From Octopus vulgaris (taxonomy: Eukaryota): 64,000 nt of DNA. Within the stretch, counting starts at the first letter, position 1. Each line of letters begins with the position of its first letter. Both the position numbers and the translations under genes were made by a program. This document shows, piece after piece, positions 35,916 through 49,576 of the stretch. The stretch lies in assembly GCA_951406725.2 (NCBI GenBank), contig OX597816.1, positions 165,912,001-165,976,000 of the forward strand, given 5' to 3'. The notes under the pieces are model-generated. The model searched no databases. It saw only the letters and a list, made by a program, of their open reading frames with translations, and was not told the DNA's origin.

Positions 35916-37057
35916 AAGAATAAAAGCGTAAGAATTTTTTACTTTTAAGTAATAAAGAATGAGAAGCTGTGCCTTTCAAGAATTTATAGAAAAGACTGTT
36001 TAATTGAAGTTTAACTGCTTGAAATGAGAACTGAAACTGTATCGCCAGCTTTGATTGCAGACCTTATCTTTGACATTACAATGTGTCCCTGTTGGCTAAT
36101 TGATTACAAGTCGAATGTCATAAAACATTTGAAAATGACAGTAATGTGTGTCAAATTGTTGGTTTCAAATAAAATTCTACCGAAAATGCTCTTCTTAGGA
36201 GAGAGAATTAATCATTAAACCTGCAATGAACTCTCGCAAAAAACATTAAAAAATCGAACGAAAGCATACAAAAACACTTTCTCTTCCACAAACACACATA
36301 CAAACAAATTATGTAATCTGCCTATCTAGGCACACATACATCCAAACATACGCACGTATGTTTACTCTCTTTTACTTGTTTCAGTCATTTGACTGCGGCC
36401 ATGCTGGAGCACCACCTTTAGTCGAGCAAATCGACCTCAGGACTTATTCTTTGTAAGCTTAGTGCTTTTTTATCGGTATCTTTTGCCTAACCGCTAAGTT
36501 ACGGGGAACGCACACACACACACACACACACACCAGCATCGGCTGTCAAGCGATGCTGAGGCGACAAACACGGACACACAAACACACACACACACACGCA
36601 TATATTATATATATACATATATACGACAGGCTTCTTTCAGTTTCCGTCTACCAAATCCACTCATAAGGCTTTGGTCAGCCCGAGGCTATAGTAGAAGGAA
36701 CTTGCCCAAGGTGCCACAAAGTGGGACTGAACCCGGATCCATGTGGTTGGTAAGCAAGCTACTTACCACACAGCCACTCCTGCGCTTATGTATGTTTGTA
36801 TGTGTTTATTGAATGTGTGTATGTGTTTATTAATGTTTGCCTTTTTGTTCAGTTATAAATGGTTTCAAATTTTGGCTTGAGGTCAGCAATTCCGGAGAAG
36901 GGGTCTTAAGTCGGTTACATCGACTCCGGTGTTCAACTAGAACTTGTTTTATTGATTCCGAAAGGATGAAAGGCAAAGTCGACCTCGGCGGCATTTGAAT
37001 CCAGAAAGTTAAGACGGATGGAATTTTTTTCCAAAATTTAATTGTTTTCTATATTTA

Positions 37058-37093
37058 CAGTTGAAAAAGTCTCAATGACTGAAACCGGTACTG
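37058..37093 (+). ncRNA. Degenerate minimal hammerhead-like motif
   Basis: CAG-UUGAAAA-AGUC-UCAAU-GACU-GAAA-CCGG-UA-CUG. All three stems pair, but the core has two substitutions. Confidence 0.5.
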
Positions 37094-37145
37094 AAATGTT
37101 TTTTTATAAAATTATTTTACCATTTTCTACCTTGACTCACACACA

Positions 37146-37221
<76 letters not shown>

Positions 37222-37271
37222 ATTGAAGAAATGGAGTTGAACGAAGATTGAACAGAAATCGTTTTATTGCA

Positions 37272-37351
37272 TTCTACACGTGTTTCGAAAGGCACAATTT
37301 ACCAAATTCCGATTGAATAAGGAGACCATATTGTGTCTTTCTCTTCAGGAA
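37272..37351 (-). ncRNA. Type I hammerhead ribozyme motif
   Basis: UUC-CUGAAGA-GAAAGACACAAU...AUUGUGCCUUUC-GAAA-CACGUG-UA-GAA. Stem III is the palindrome ACACGUGU. Confidence 0.8.
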
Positions 37352-37917
37352 GAAATAGGAAATCCGTTGGAAAAAACAAAAACAGAACAGAGGCGGAGCA
37401 AAACAAATCGAACGAGGCTCCTATGTATGTTGAAAACTGGTGGTGGGTGCGTTGAAGGTTTTAACGGGTCAGACAGCGGTCATTCCGGTGGGTGGGGGCA
37501 CAGGGTGCTTAGATGTTCTTTGTGACCGAGACTAAAGTTCTGACTATTTAAAGAATATTGGGTGTATTATATGGGGCGAGATAAAATCTACTTAGAAACA
37601 TGTGTGTGTGTACTGTTCTATGTGTTCGTATGTGCGTTTGATCACGTGGCCGTCAGTTGGTAAACAGCCCTACTCAATGGTCACTGCTATAAAATCCGTC
37701 GGGTGGCAGAAAAAAATTTTTTATGTGTGCGTGTGTTCGTCTAAGCCTGCCTTGTCAAAGAAACACCCCGTCGTCAAGACAAACTCCCATTCGTCTCCCA
37801 GGAGTAATTCCCCTTGCAATGGTTAATCATATTTCTCATAAAAGTTATTCATAACTTATTTCCAAGGGCTATTTTCATATAAGTAGTGTAACCGGATGCA
37901 GGTATTATTTATAAGCG

Positions 37918-38705
37918 TTATTTATAAGCAGGATAAGTATAACGCCGCCAGTGGGGGCATCTAAAAGCCGACTGTAAAAGTCCGTTTACTATCCGGTCTC
38001 TGGCGAACAATATATGGAAGAGTTCGGAGACACAAAGGTTGCACTTCCTTCTGCCCCTGTCAAATGGGAGGGCCACCGACAAAATTGACCATTCCAGGCT
38101 GTAGCTTGAGTTCATATTCTTCAATCGCCATATTAGCTTGCTAAGTCCCGTGGTCTGGCATTTATTCACGTCTCGAAAAGTTGCGTAATGGTTGGAGATC
38201 CGTGAGGACAATCTTGACGTTGAGGCCCCGACATAAGAGTAGACATCTGAGTCCGTGTAAACCTTACATTGGTAGACGGCGTTTCTGATCTTGGAGTTCA
38301 CCGACGTGAACCTTATTCTATTAGGATTAGTTTCTGAAATTAGAACTGCGTTACTGTTACTATATTTGTTGCGAGAACTGCAGCCGCTTACTACTTTATT
38401 TTCCACTACGTCACTATTAACTAACGGAATAACCCCTGATTCTACACTATCACTCAGAGTGCTGTCCTTGCTAGTGCCCGTGGTGCTGCTATTGCCGGAA
38501 ACGATGCTGGAGTTGCTATTGGGACTCCCTACCCTAGCGAGCGGAGCTGCGCTCACCTCACCACTGCCATCGTTACCGTCAATGACATCACCCTTATTTA
38601 TAACTATACCCCTAGTATATAATCCCTGGTTGGAGCTGAGGTTATGAGTCACTGTACTGGCTCTCATATCATTATTACTACTATTATTATTCCTACTGGC
38701 CGTTA
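37918..38705 (-). CDS. PLE C-terminal GIY-YIG-type endonuclease with Ser/Asn-rich linker (truncated, no RT)
   Basis: AVYQCKV...YVGAS...RISNH...CNLCVSE...CPH motifs. Sequence above 38705 in the ORF track is antisense of the other arm. Confidence 0.8.
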
Positions 38706-38706
38706 A

Positions 38707-39071
38707 ACGCCGTCTACCAATGTAAGGTTTACACGGACTCAGATGTCTACTCTTATGTCGGGGCCTCATCGTCAAGATTGTCCTCACGGATCTCCAACCA
38801 TTACGCAACTTTTCGAGACGTGAATAAATGCCAGACCACGGGACTTAGCAAGCTAATATGGCGATTGAAGAATACGAACTCAAGCTACAGATTGGAATGG
38901 TCAATTTCGTCGGTGGCCCTCCCATTTGACAGGGGCAGAAGGAAGTGCAACCTTTGTGTCTCCGAACTCTTCCATATATTGTTCGCCAGAGACCGGATAG
39001 TAAACGGACTTTTACAGTCGGCTTTTAGATGCCCCCACTGGCGGCGTTATACTTATCTTGCTTATAAATAA
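38707..39071 (+). pseudogene. Inverted copy of the GIY-YIG endonuclease segment
   Basis: Near-identical reverse complement of 37918-38280, with no initiator context of its own. Confidence 0.8.
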
Positions 39072-39664
39072 CGCTTATAAATAATACCTGCACCCGGTTA
39101 CACTACTTATATGAAAATAGCCCTTGGAAATAAGTTCTGAATAACTTTTATGAGAAATATGATTAACCATTGCAAGGGGAATTACTCCTGGGAGACGAAT
39201 GGGAGTTTGTCTTGACGACGGGGGTTTCTTTGACAAGGCAGGCTTAGACGAACACACGCACACATAAAAAAATTTTTTTCTGCCACCCGACGGATTTTAT
39301 AGCAGTGACCATTGAGTAGGGCTGTTTACCAACTGACGGCCACGTGATCAAACGCACATACGAACACATAGAACAGTACACACACACATGTTTCTAAGTA
39401 GATTTTGTCTCGCCCCATATAATACACCCAATATTCTTTAAATAGTCAGAACTTTAGTCTCGGTCACAAAGAACATCTAAGCACCCTGTGCCCCCACCCA
39501 CCGGAATGACCGCTGCCTGACCCGTTAAAACCTTCAACGCACCCACCATCAGTTTTCAACATACGTTGATAAACAGTTTGGCCATGGGCTCTTAGGAGCC
39601 TCGTTCGATTTGTTTTGCTCCGCCTCTGTTCTGTTTTTGTTTTTTCCAACGGATTTCCTATTTC

Positions 39665-39743
39665 TTCCTGAAGAGAAAGACTCAATATGGTCTCCTTATT
39701 CAATCGGAATTTGGTAAATTGTGCCTTTCGAAACACTGTAGAA
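39665..39743 (+). ncRNA. Type I hammerhead ribozyme motif (second arm)
   Basis: UUC-CUGAAGA-GAAAG...CUUUC-GAAA-CACUG-UA-GAA. One base is lost from the stem III palindrome. Confidence 0.65.
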
Positions 39744-40170
39744 TGCAATAAAACGATTTCTGTTCAATCTTCGTTCAACTCCATTTCTTCAATTCACTAA
39801 TAATATTAAAATTCAATTATCCGCACCAACGCACGGTTGCAGCACCATATGGTTGTACCTCCAACCGTGCTGTCTTCTGCTGTGATTTTTGCTACCAAGG
39901 TATCGGCTAAACTTTTGACTAATCTGCAACAAGATTATTCATCTTTCTATTTCACAAAATATATATACCAGATAAGCCACCCATAATTGGATACAACTCA
40001 CCCAAGAACTCACTACTTGAACAAAACTGGATACAACTCACCCAACAAGAACTCACTACTTGAACAAAACTTTACTTAAACAGGATTCGAATAATCCTAT
40101 CAGGTGGTGCTATTAAGTTAGACATGGCCTGGACCAATCTCTGGTCGAAACATATCTAAGTTTTATCTAA

Positions 40171-40209
<39 letters not shown>

Positions 40210-41155
40210 ATATATATATAAATACATATATATATATATATTTGAAAAGAACAGTAATAATGGGATCAAATTTTGGCTCAAGGCCAGCAGCTTCGGGAAA
40301 GAGGTAAGTCGATTACATCGCCCTCAGTACGCAACTGGTACTTAATTTATCGACCTGGAAAGCATGAAATGTAAAGTCGACCGCGGCGGATTTTGTACTC
40401 AGAATGTAAAGTCAGACGAAATGCCACTAAGAATTTTGTTCGGCGTGCTAACAGTTCAACCAGCTTGCTACCTTTGAAAAATTTATAATATTGAAAACAG
40501 TGTTCATTCTTCCAGGGAAAAATATTAATTTTGGGAGAAGCTATCAAAGCTAAGTGCATCCTGTCTAAGAGTCCGCTAAATCCAGCGCTAGTTAATACGT
40601 CTCTGTAAATATACTTCCTGTAAATTGAAAGCGCAGTCTTTAAGTTATGAACAAGTACATTGTCATATTTTTTCTTCGCTGAGTAAGTACATTGCTAAAC
40701 AATTGAATTTTTTTTTTATTTGCCATTTTCATACGCTGCATTGATTCAATAAAGAAGAAATTCAAAGACAAGAAATCGTTATTAATATCTAATTTAAACA
40801 TGAAAAATAAATAAATTAAATTAATTTTTTAAAAAACAGAATTAAAAAGAAAATATAAATGGAAGACAATGTAGTCTTAAATTGTAAGATGGAAGAAACA
40901 TTGTCAAAAGACAAATTATATGCAATTAAATAATCCCCGCAAATAAGCCAGTATTGCGTGATATCGATATTTAGGGAAGATGTTTTGGATTATCTCTGCA
41001 TGTCTTTTTGCGAGGTGGAATTTCTGACCCAGCATTCTTTCGATCGATTATTATTTCAATTTTTTTCAAGCTTTCTAAAAATTTACAGATCGTAGGATGC
41101 AATATATGATATTTAATCTTTGTGTATGTGTGTATGTGTGTGTGTGTATGTGTGT

Positions 41156-41232
<77 letters not shown>

Positions 41233-41382
41233 GAATTTTAGCATACTCTGCGAATAACAATTTTAAATAATGTTCAGCGATGTATTTACTCTGCTGATAA
41301 AAAGTATGATGATAAATTTAGGCCTTGTATTATCTAGCGACGTAATTATTACCTTGTAAGGAAATTAATAGGTTATTAAATT

Positions 41383-41423
<41 letters not shown>

Positions 41424-41957
41424 ATTTCACTCTTTTCATGTGTTATATCTTCGAGCATCGACAATCATGAGCCTGCGTGCCAAACTTTAAAAATCCCTGA
41501 TGCGAGAAGACACAACAGATGTTTCCCATTGCCTTCTTCCGGGTTTATTGATCATCACCTTCACTAGTCTCCTGCTTTCTCGAAGTTACTATTGATACAC
41601 AAGGCCTATTTAATTCTTAAGCAGGGGCAACTGTATCACGTGCCAAAAAGACATGTGCCACACAATCTATTAGAGGCACAATGAAGATTTGCGAAACATT
41701 TCATAAATTTTCCTTCTGAGATTCTTATGTGAACAGATGTACACACTTTGGTGTATGCATCGACAATGCTGAGCCTGTGTGACACATGTCAAAAGGTCAT
41801 CACTCACCTGAGTCCTGTTTGCCTTTGCCGCAGGACAATCTTCATTTATCTTCTTTTAGTTTTGATCCAAAACTTTGGTTCTTGCTCCCACCAAAACCAG
41901 AACAAATCTAGGAGTAATTATAATTGCACAGCTTTCTCTCCCTCTCTCTCTCCCTCC

Positions 41958-41990
<33 letters not shown>

Positions 41991-42059
41991 ATTTTCTTTC
42001 CTTCTTTCTTTCTTTCTTCCATCCTTCCTTTCTTTCTCCCACTCTCTCTCCTCACACAG

Positions 42060-42105
<46 letters not shown>

Positions 42106-42111
42106 ACACAT

Positions 42112-42159
<48 letters not shown>

Positions 42160-42629
42160 ACATGTATACATACTTACGTACATGCATGCATTCATACATG
42201 CATACAACAAATTTGCACAAAAACCTAGAACTACTCGATTTCACAGAAAAAGAGGAAGAGAAGCCGACGCGGATTCTCCAAACCCAATCTATTAGAAGCA
42301 CAATGAAGATTTGTGAAACATTTCAAAAATTTTCCCTCTGAGATTCGTATGTGAATAGATGCACACACTTTGATGTATGCATCGACAGTTCAACCAACTC
42401 ACCATCTCAACCTCATATTTACAGACACTGGGAACTCTTTTGACATAAAAAGTCTTGTTGCTTTGTTAGCAACCGGCTTGAAATCTCTCAAGAACTTACG
42501 TTGTATGTAATCATACATACATACATACATACATACATACATACATACATACATACATACATACATACATACACACATACATACACGCATACATGCATAC
42601 ATACATACATACATACGTACACACATACG

Positions 42630-43070
42630 AAGGATAATCCCAAGGACAAAGAAATAAGAACCTGCAGTATGGTAGAAGCCATAGCCACTCATAAAAAAAG
42701 AATACTGGTGGAATGTACTAGTGAAGACCTCAATAAAATATTAGCACAACAAACCTGGTATAATGATTTGGAATAAAGAAGCGAAACTGTGCTCAATTGT
42801 GGAAATTAGCTGCCCAGTTGATGTTAGCATAAATCTGAAGATCAGTGAAAAAGAGAACACCTATGCTGAACTATTGAGAAATCTGTAGGGGCCCTGGGAT
42901 ATGTAACACACTGATTAAATACCACTCTTGAGAAATTAGTCTTCTCAAAACCAGAAAGGAGAAAGCTAATTCGAAGACGACAGATCCATTTCATCACTGG
43001 AACTGTAAAAATCTAAAACTTTCCAGAAGTTTATCATTTAAATATATATGAGCATGTCTAGATATACAAT
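42630..43070 (+). pseudogene. RLE-type non-LTR endonuclease fragment
   Basis: HNKP.IMIWNKEAKLCSIVEISCP...KENTYAELLRNL...GALG. Related 3' ends lie at 41650-41810 and 42205-42400. Confidence 0.7.
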
Positions 43071-44717
43071 TATATGCATAGGAATGAATACATAAAGTAT
43101 GCAAATCTGAACAAGGCGCAGGAATGGCAGTGTGGTAAGTAGCTTGCTTACCAACAACATGGTTCCGGGTTCAGTCCCACTGCATGGCACCTTGGGCAAG
43201 TGTCTTCTACTATAGATTCGGGCCGACTAAAGCCTTGTGAGTGGATTTGGTTAATGGAAACTAAAAAAAGTCCGTCGTATATATATATATATATGCATGT
43301 ATTATGTATGTATATATGTATGTGTATGTTTGTGCGTCTGTATTTGCTCCCCCAACATCACTTGACAACTAATGCTGGTGTGTTTACGTCCCCGTAATCT
43401 AGCGGTTCAGCAAAATAAACCGATAAGAATAAGTCTTAGGATCGATTTGCTTGACTAAAGGCAGTGCTCCAGCATGGCCGCAGTCAACTGACTGAAACAA
43501 ATAAAAGAAAAGAATAAAAAGTACATACATACATACATACATATATACATACATACATACATACATAAAACATGAACTATGTTAGGATATCACGTGATTT
43601 CAGAGTTGGCGACATTCCAACAGGTATTATACCGCCTGCCAGCCAAACTACATTACAGGCTAAAGCAACTGACCACTGTCCCTCTACTCCGACTATGGTA
43701 AATAGCATGCAGAACCGCAACAATCATTGTAGTAGTTAGCTTTAGATATCGGTGAAATATGCCCTTCATAAAATATTTTCAAGGAAAAATAGCGTTGGCT
43801 GTGAAGTATTCTTTCGAAGACAGAATATTCTCCATCAAAGTAGGCAAAAAACCCCAAAAAAAACACCAGACTCGTTATCAAAAGATACTAATGAAATTAG
43901 AGAGAAGTATTTACAGCAGTGTAATGAAGCTCCATTCTGGCAGATTAATGCATGTCTATATCCCTTGTTCCATTTCTTCTCTGGGCACAAGGCCCCAAAT
44001 TTTTTAGGGAGGGGGCCAGTCAATTACCACAGTACGCAACTGATATCTAATTTATCAACCCCGAAAGGATGAAAGGCAAAGTCGACCTCGGCAGAATTTG
44101 AACTCAAAAAATAAAGACAGACTAAATACCTCTCAGCATTTCACCCGGCGTGCTAACTTTTCTGCCAGCTCACTGCCTGTAATAGGCATGCTATTCTTTT
44201 CTACTCTAGGCACAAGACCCGAAATTTTGGGGGAGCGGGACCAGTCGATTAGATCTACACCTGTACGCAACTGGTACTTAATTTATCAACCCCGAAAGGA
44301 TGAAAGGCCAAAGTCGACCTCGGCGGAATTTGAACTCAGAACGTGAAGACAGACGAAATACAGCTAAGCATTTCTGCCAGCTCGTCGCCTTCTATATGCC
44401 TTGTTTGCTACTGCCAGGCAGTACATGAACGACATTCAAAAAGTAAACAAAACCGAAATAACAAACGTGGATTTCGAAGAGAGAGGAAAAGATAGTTGAT
44501 TTGCAGAAGACCATCAGCCATGTGATGATGATTATTGCTTGCAAACAAGCAACTCACCATACGCCTCACCAAATAAAAGTGAAGACTTAGAAGTGGTGTT
44601 TGAAGATAGCAAAAAGAGAATTCTCAGGCGTGGCTGGGTGGTAACAAGTTTGCTTCCTAACCACATGTGAGTAGATTTGGTTGGCAGAAACTGAAAGAAA
44701 CCCGTCGTATATATATA

Positions 44718-44903
44718 GTAAGATTTTACAAAAATAATAAAAGACGAAGACGGGTGTGTAAACAATAAACAGATGTATTAGTTTAACGATCGGGAAGTGA
44801 GAAAGTCTTTAACGTTTCGAGCCTACGCTCTTCCACAGTAAGGAACACAGAAATAAACAGGGAGAGAAAATTTTTAAAAAAAAGGTTTAGTGGCTAGTGA
44901 TCT

Positions 44904-44905
<2 letters not shown>
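44718..44905 (-). mobile_element. Family E hammerhead-bearing unit (motif 44807-44842)
   Basis: Reverse complement reads CUGUGGA-A-GAGC-GUAG-GCUC-GAAA-CGU-U-AAAG. Inserted in a SINE TA tract. Confidence 0.65.
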
Positions 44906-44946
<41 letters not shown>

Positions 44947-44968
44947 GGAGAGAAAGAGAGAGAGAGGT

Positions 44969-45004
<36 letters not shown>

Positions 45005-45026
45005 GGAGAGAAAGAGAGAGAGAGGT

Positions 45027-45079
<53 letters not shown>

Positions 45080-45280
45080 CTTCTCTTACTTGCTTCAGCC
45101 ATTTGACTATGGCCATGCTGGAGCACCGCCTTTAGTCAAGCAAATCGACCCTAGGATTTATTCTTTGTAAGCCTAGTACATAATGGTATCTTTTGCCGAA
45201 CCGCTAAGTTACGGGGATGTTTAGACACCATCATCGATTGGCAAGCGATGTTGGGGAGACAGACACAGACACACAAATAC

Positions 45281-45341
<61 letters not shown>

Positions 45342-45346
45342 AATAT

Positions 45347-45413
<67 letters not shown>

Positions 45414-46726
45414 TCTACGGCAGGCTTCTTTCAGTTTCCGTCTACCAACTCTACTCACTAGGCTTTGGTCGGCCTGAGGCTGTAGTAGAAGACATTTGCC
45501 CAAGGTGCCAAGCAGTGGGACTGAACCTTGAACCATGTGGTTGGGAAGCAAGCTTTTTACCACACAGCCACTCCTGCGCCTATATGTGTATGTACGTGCG
45601 CGCGTGCATGTGTGTACAATTATATACTTATAAATATATACACAGATGTGTATATTTATTTGAGAGAATTCGACTCTCTGTAGCGGCTTGCAGGTCACGT
45701 TTTCCCGCCTTCGAAAGGTATTTACACGATCTTCTAAACTGCTTTCACAGCTGTTCTGCGTTCGAGATCTCCTCTGTCTTCTGTAAAATATCAACTCACT
45801 CGGCGCTTCAAGCATGTGTGTGTGTGTGTGTGATCAGAATTTCCCACTCAAGTCAAACAGAACAAACCACTCCAAACCCAAATCATAGCATCTATGTAAA
45901 TTGCTTCAGGACTGGCTAGCTTGTACATATCTATATATATATTGGTGTATTTGTGTGTACACGAAGGTATAGCTTTACCTTAGTGCATTTATGCATATAT
46001 GTATACTTATACGTATTCTTGAATGCATGGGCATATAAATATTTAACTTGTATGTGTGACCCAGTTTTCTAACATGGCGGTATTTTCTACATTTCTACTT
46101 GTATATTTTATCTCTTCAGCTCTGGCTCACTTGACCTACTGCTATCTGTCTGGCTTTGGTAACATTGATTTATTGTAGCCTGCAAACAGACCAACATACT
46201 TTGTGAATTATTACAATCGGCATTATCCGTTTTTGTGTAATTCTTTGTTATTTTTTATTCGTTTATTTTATTTCAACTCTCTTATTGTTCTCTGTATCAT
46301 TATCATTATCATAATACTTCTTGTTTCAATGTATATTTTCTCCCTTTTCTTCGTTCAATTGTTTTATTTTTTCCTTTGTCTTTGTCTTTTAATTTCTTCT
46401 CCCTAAATTTAGGCGAGGCCTGACGCAGTGTCACATTTTAAAGACATCACTGAAAAGATAGTTCGCACTATACAATTACGTTGTTTATAAGTATAGAATT
46501 ATTGAAACAGGTGTAGGGAATTAAATATTTGGAATATTAGACTGATTGACTTTTTTGTTCTCGGGTATATTTTGCTCTCAGCATTCGTTATAACCAATTA
46601 CAATTGCTACACAGCATTTCATATGGTATTGCATTCGAGTCGTGGAATTTTCAGTTTAGCGTAGCACCTTAAATTGAACTTTAATATTTGTAACTACGTT
46701 TCGTACAAAGCAACAAATAAGAAGTC

Positions 46727-46769
<43 letters not shown>

Positions 46770-46939
46770 TGCCTTGCCTTAACGTTAGCTGTCCTCTTAA
46801 ACAATTATATATCCGCTGCATCGGAAATGACTCTATAACTACCGTCTCGGCTACAACTTTGGAGACCAAGTAGTCCATTGCAGCACTTACTTAGCGCACC
46901 TAATAATTTAGATCACCTGTGAACTAAACCCTCATACTT

Positions 46940-47027
<88 letters not shown>

Positions 47028-47522
47028 CACACATATATATACCTATACATATACAGAGACAGAGAAAGGGAGATAAATAAACAAAGGAATGCAATTATTG
47101 GTATTTCGAGTACATTTAACAATGCGCTTGTTTCAAGTGGTTAGGTAACGAGGTTTTATACAATTTATCCACTTTCCTCAGTCATTACAAATGTGAAATA
47201 GCAGAGTAACCACTTGAAATGTGCGAATAATTCTATGTTTTCGAAATACCAAGAACTGGTTTCCGCTATTCTTCAAATAATATAGGGCACGTATTTCTGA
47301 CATTCTAGCCTAGATTTCCATGGACAAAATTCATACAGCTCAGGTAGAAGAGAGGAAAATGGGTCTAAGCGTTGAGTCGGCAATATCTGGAAACGTGCAT
47401 TATTTATGTGGTGTGGAACAGAAATTGTGTATGTATCTTTATATACAGATATATGCATATATAATAATATTTGTGCATGTGTATGTATATGTTTATGTGT
47501 ATATATATATATGTATATATAT

Positions 47523-47730
47523 AGTTAATCCAAACAAGAAAGCACAAAAAAAAACACAACAACGCGAGGACGTGGAACAAATATAGTATTATTGGACGCT
47601 CAGGAAAAAAGGAAGGAAGGAGGGTTTAACGTTTCGAGTGGAGATCTTCGTCGGAAACATAGGAGAAGGAAAGATCCAGAGAAGGGAAGACGGAGGAAAA
47701 AAAATCGCCAACGGTACACATGCGGTCACA

Positions 47731-47763
<33 letters not shown>

Positions 47764-47905
47764 TGTATATATATCAAAATGTAACCACATGTGAATCGTT
47801 GGCGATTTTCAACCTCTGTCTTCCCTTCTATTAGACTTTCCTGTGTTTCCGAAGAAAAGCGTCTGCTCGGAACGTTAAACCATCTTTCTTTCCTTCCTTT
47901 CGTTC
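47523..47905. mobile_element. Two family D units in inverted orientation around a TA tract (motifs 47624-47658 minus; 47845-47880 plus)
   Basis: Both match 2035-2256. The cores are CCGACGA and CCGAAGA. Confidence 0.7.
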
Positions 47906-48079
47906 GTTTATCGGACTTGTCAAGACAAAATCAAAATCAAAATTATTTTGTCTTGACGAGTTCGACAAACGAACGAAAGCGCTAATGAAGAATGACCCCG
48001 CAAAAAACAAACGCAAAAAAACCAGCACTATTTTTCTGGACTGCCATGTTAGCTTGGCGATAACTATTAATATATATAT

Positions 48080-48496
48080 ATTTCTGTGTTCCTTTCGTGA
48101 AAGAGCGTCGGCTCGAAACGTTAAAGACTTTTTTCACTTCCCGAGCGTTATACTAATACATCTATTTATTGTCTACACCATCTGTCTTCGTCTTTTGGGG
48201 TTTTTTTTGTGTGAATTCTCCCTATATATATATATATATATATATATAGATATAGATCGCCATGTTGATTCGCTAGCCTCTGCACGCATATATTTTTTCT
48301 CTCCTTCTTTCTGTGTTTTTTCTCTGTGTATCTTTCTGTTGAAGAGCGTAGGCTCGAAACGTTAAAGACTTGTTTTATTTATATTTCCTGAGCGCCATAC
48401 TAATACAATTGTTTGTTTGTATTCCACCTGCCTTCGACTTTTGTTTATTTCCATAAACCTGCCTTCGTCTTTTGTTTATTTTCATAAAGCTCCCCG

Positions 48497-48497
<1 letters not shown>
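48080..48497 (+). mobile_element. Two tandem family E units (motifs ~48091-48127 and 48331-48368)
   Basis: UCUUU-CUGUUGA-A-GAGC-GUAG-GCUC-GAAA-CGU-U-AAAGA. The units are separated by a TA tract. Confidence 0.68.
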
Positions 48498-48533
<36 letters not shown>

Positions 48534-49394
48534 TGTGTGTGTGTGTGTGTGTGTGTGTTCATAAAGGGCTTCTGCACACTTTTCGTCGACCAAGTTTCAG
48601 TCAGATGACATTGGCCAAACCGACGTTATTGATATTTGCCCAAGGTACCGCGCAGTGGAACGAAACCCAGATTTACATCGTTACGAACCAAACTTCTGAA
48701 TCACACGACAATTATATACTTTGATCTTCGTTACCGTAAAAGAATTCACCTGGCGCTATTCAAAATATTATCGATTGCTAATTTTCTGACCGTTGTATTG
48801 TTGCACTTCGAGTTGATGCCGTCCAATAAATGGATTTGAAGAAAAATACTCTCATTGATAACGTGTATAAACACGCAAACACACACACGTGCACATATTT
48901 ATATATACGTGCATGTACAAATAGACAGAGGGAAAAAGAAAGAGAGAAAGAGGGGGAATACGCAGTTATATATATATATATCTCTTTTACTCTTTTATTC
49001 TTTTACTTGTTTCAGTCATTTGACTGCGACCATGCTGGAGCACCGCCTTTAATCGAGCAAATCGACCCCGGAACTTATTCTTTGTAAGCCCAGTACTTAT
49101 TCTATCGGTGTCTTTTGCCAAACCGCTAAGTTACGGGGACGTAAACACACCAGCATCGGTTACACATCTATAATATATAGTTATATACCTATACTGCCTA
49201 CCTCTCACTTTATACGTGTATACATTAATATGAAATATATAAAAGTATTATGTTTGTGTGTGTGAATGTGTGGGGGTGGGAGTGTGGGGTGGGGTGGGAG
49301 TGTGTGGGTGTGGGTGTATGTGTGTGTGAGTGTGTATGGGAATATGTATGTCCATGTTTGTATATATAGAATAGACTGACAGAATATGTGTACG

Positions 49395-49525
49395 TTTTTG
49401 ACCAAATGTGTTTCATTTTTCGATATAGTCTTCCCTGTGGTTCATACACTTCTTCCCTTGCTGTTGCAGCGCTTGGAATCCCGTGGTATAGAAGCTCTCA
49501 TCCTGACCTTCGAAATTGGAAAATA
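49395..49525 (-). pseudogene. Mariner transposase C-terminal fragment
   Basis: FEGQDESFYTTGFQALQQQGKKCMNHREDYIEK*. Confidence 0.78.
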
Positions 49526-49576
49526 TTCCTTGACAACTGTTTCACCCTTTGGAATGAAAACACAAACTCAAAAAAC

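Larger units (their letters stand above)
37216..39960. mobile_element. Penelope-like element, 5'-truncated inverted (pseudo-LTR) insertion
   Basis: ~1.07-kb near-identical inverted arms (37216-38280 and 38707-39799) around a ~430-bp spacer. Each arm carries a GIY-YIG-like C-terminus and a hammerhead motif. It is flanked by TA tracts. Confidence 0.9.

Noticed and set aside
45680-45815. Unique GC-balanced segment with a minus-strand TTTTACAG acceptor-like site
   Set aside because: No recognisable protein and no clear donor site. It cannot be supported without transcript data.
47095-47255. Imperfect inverted repeat as another hammerhead palindrome
   Set aside because: The arms are short and diverged, and core motifs are not recoverable.
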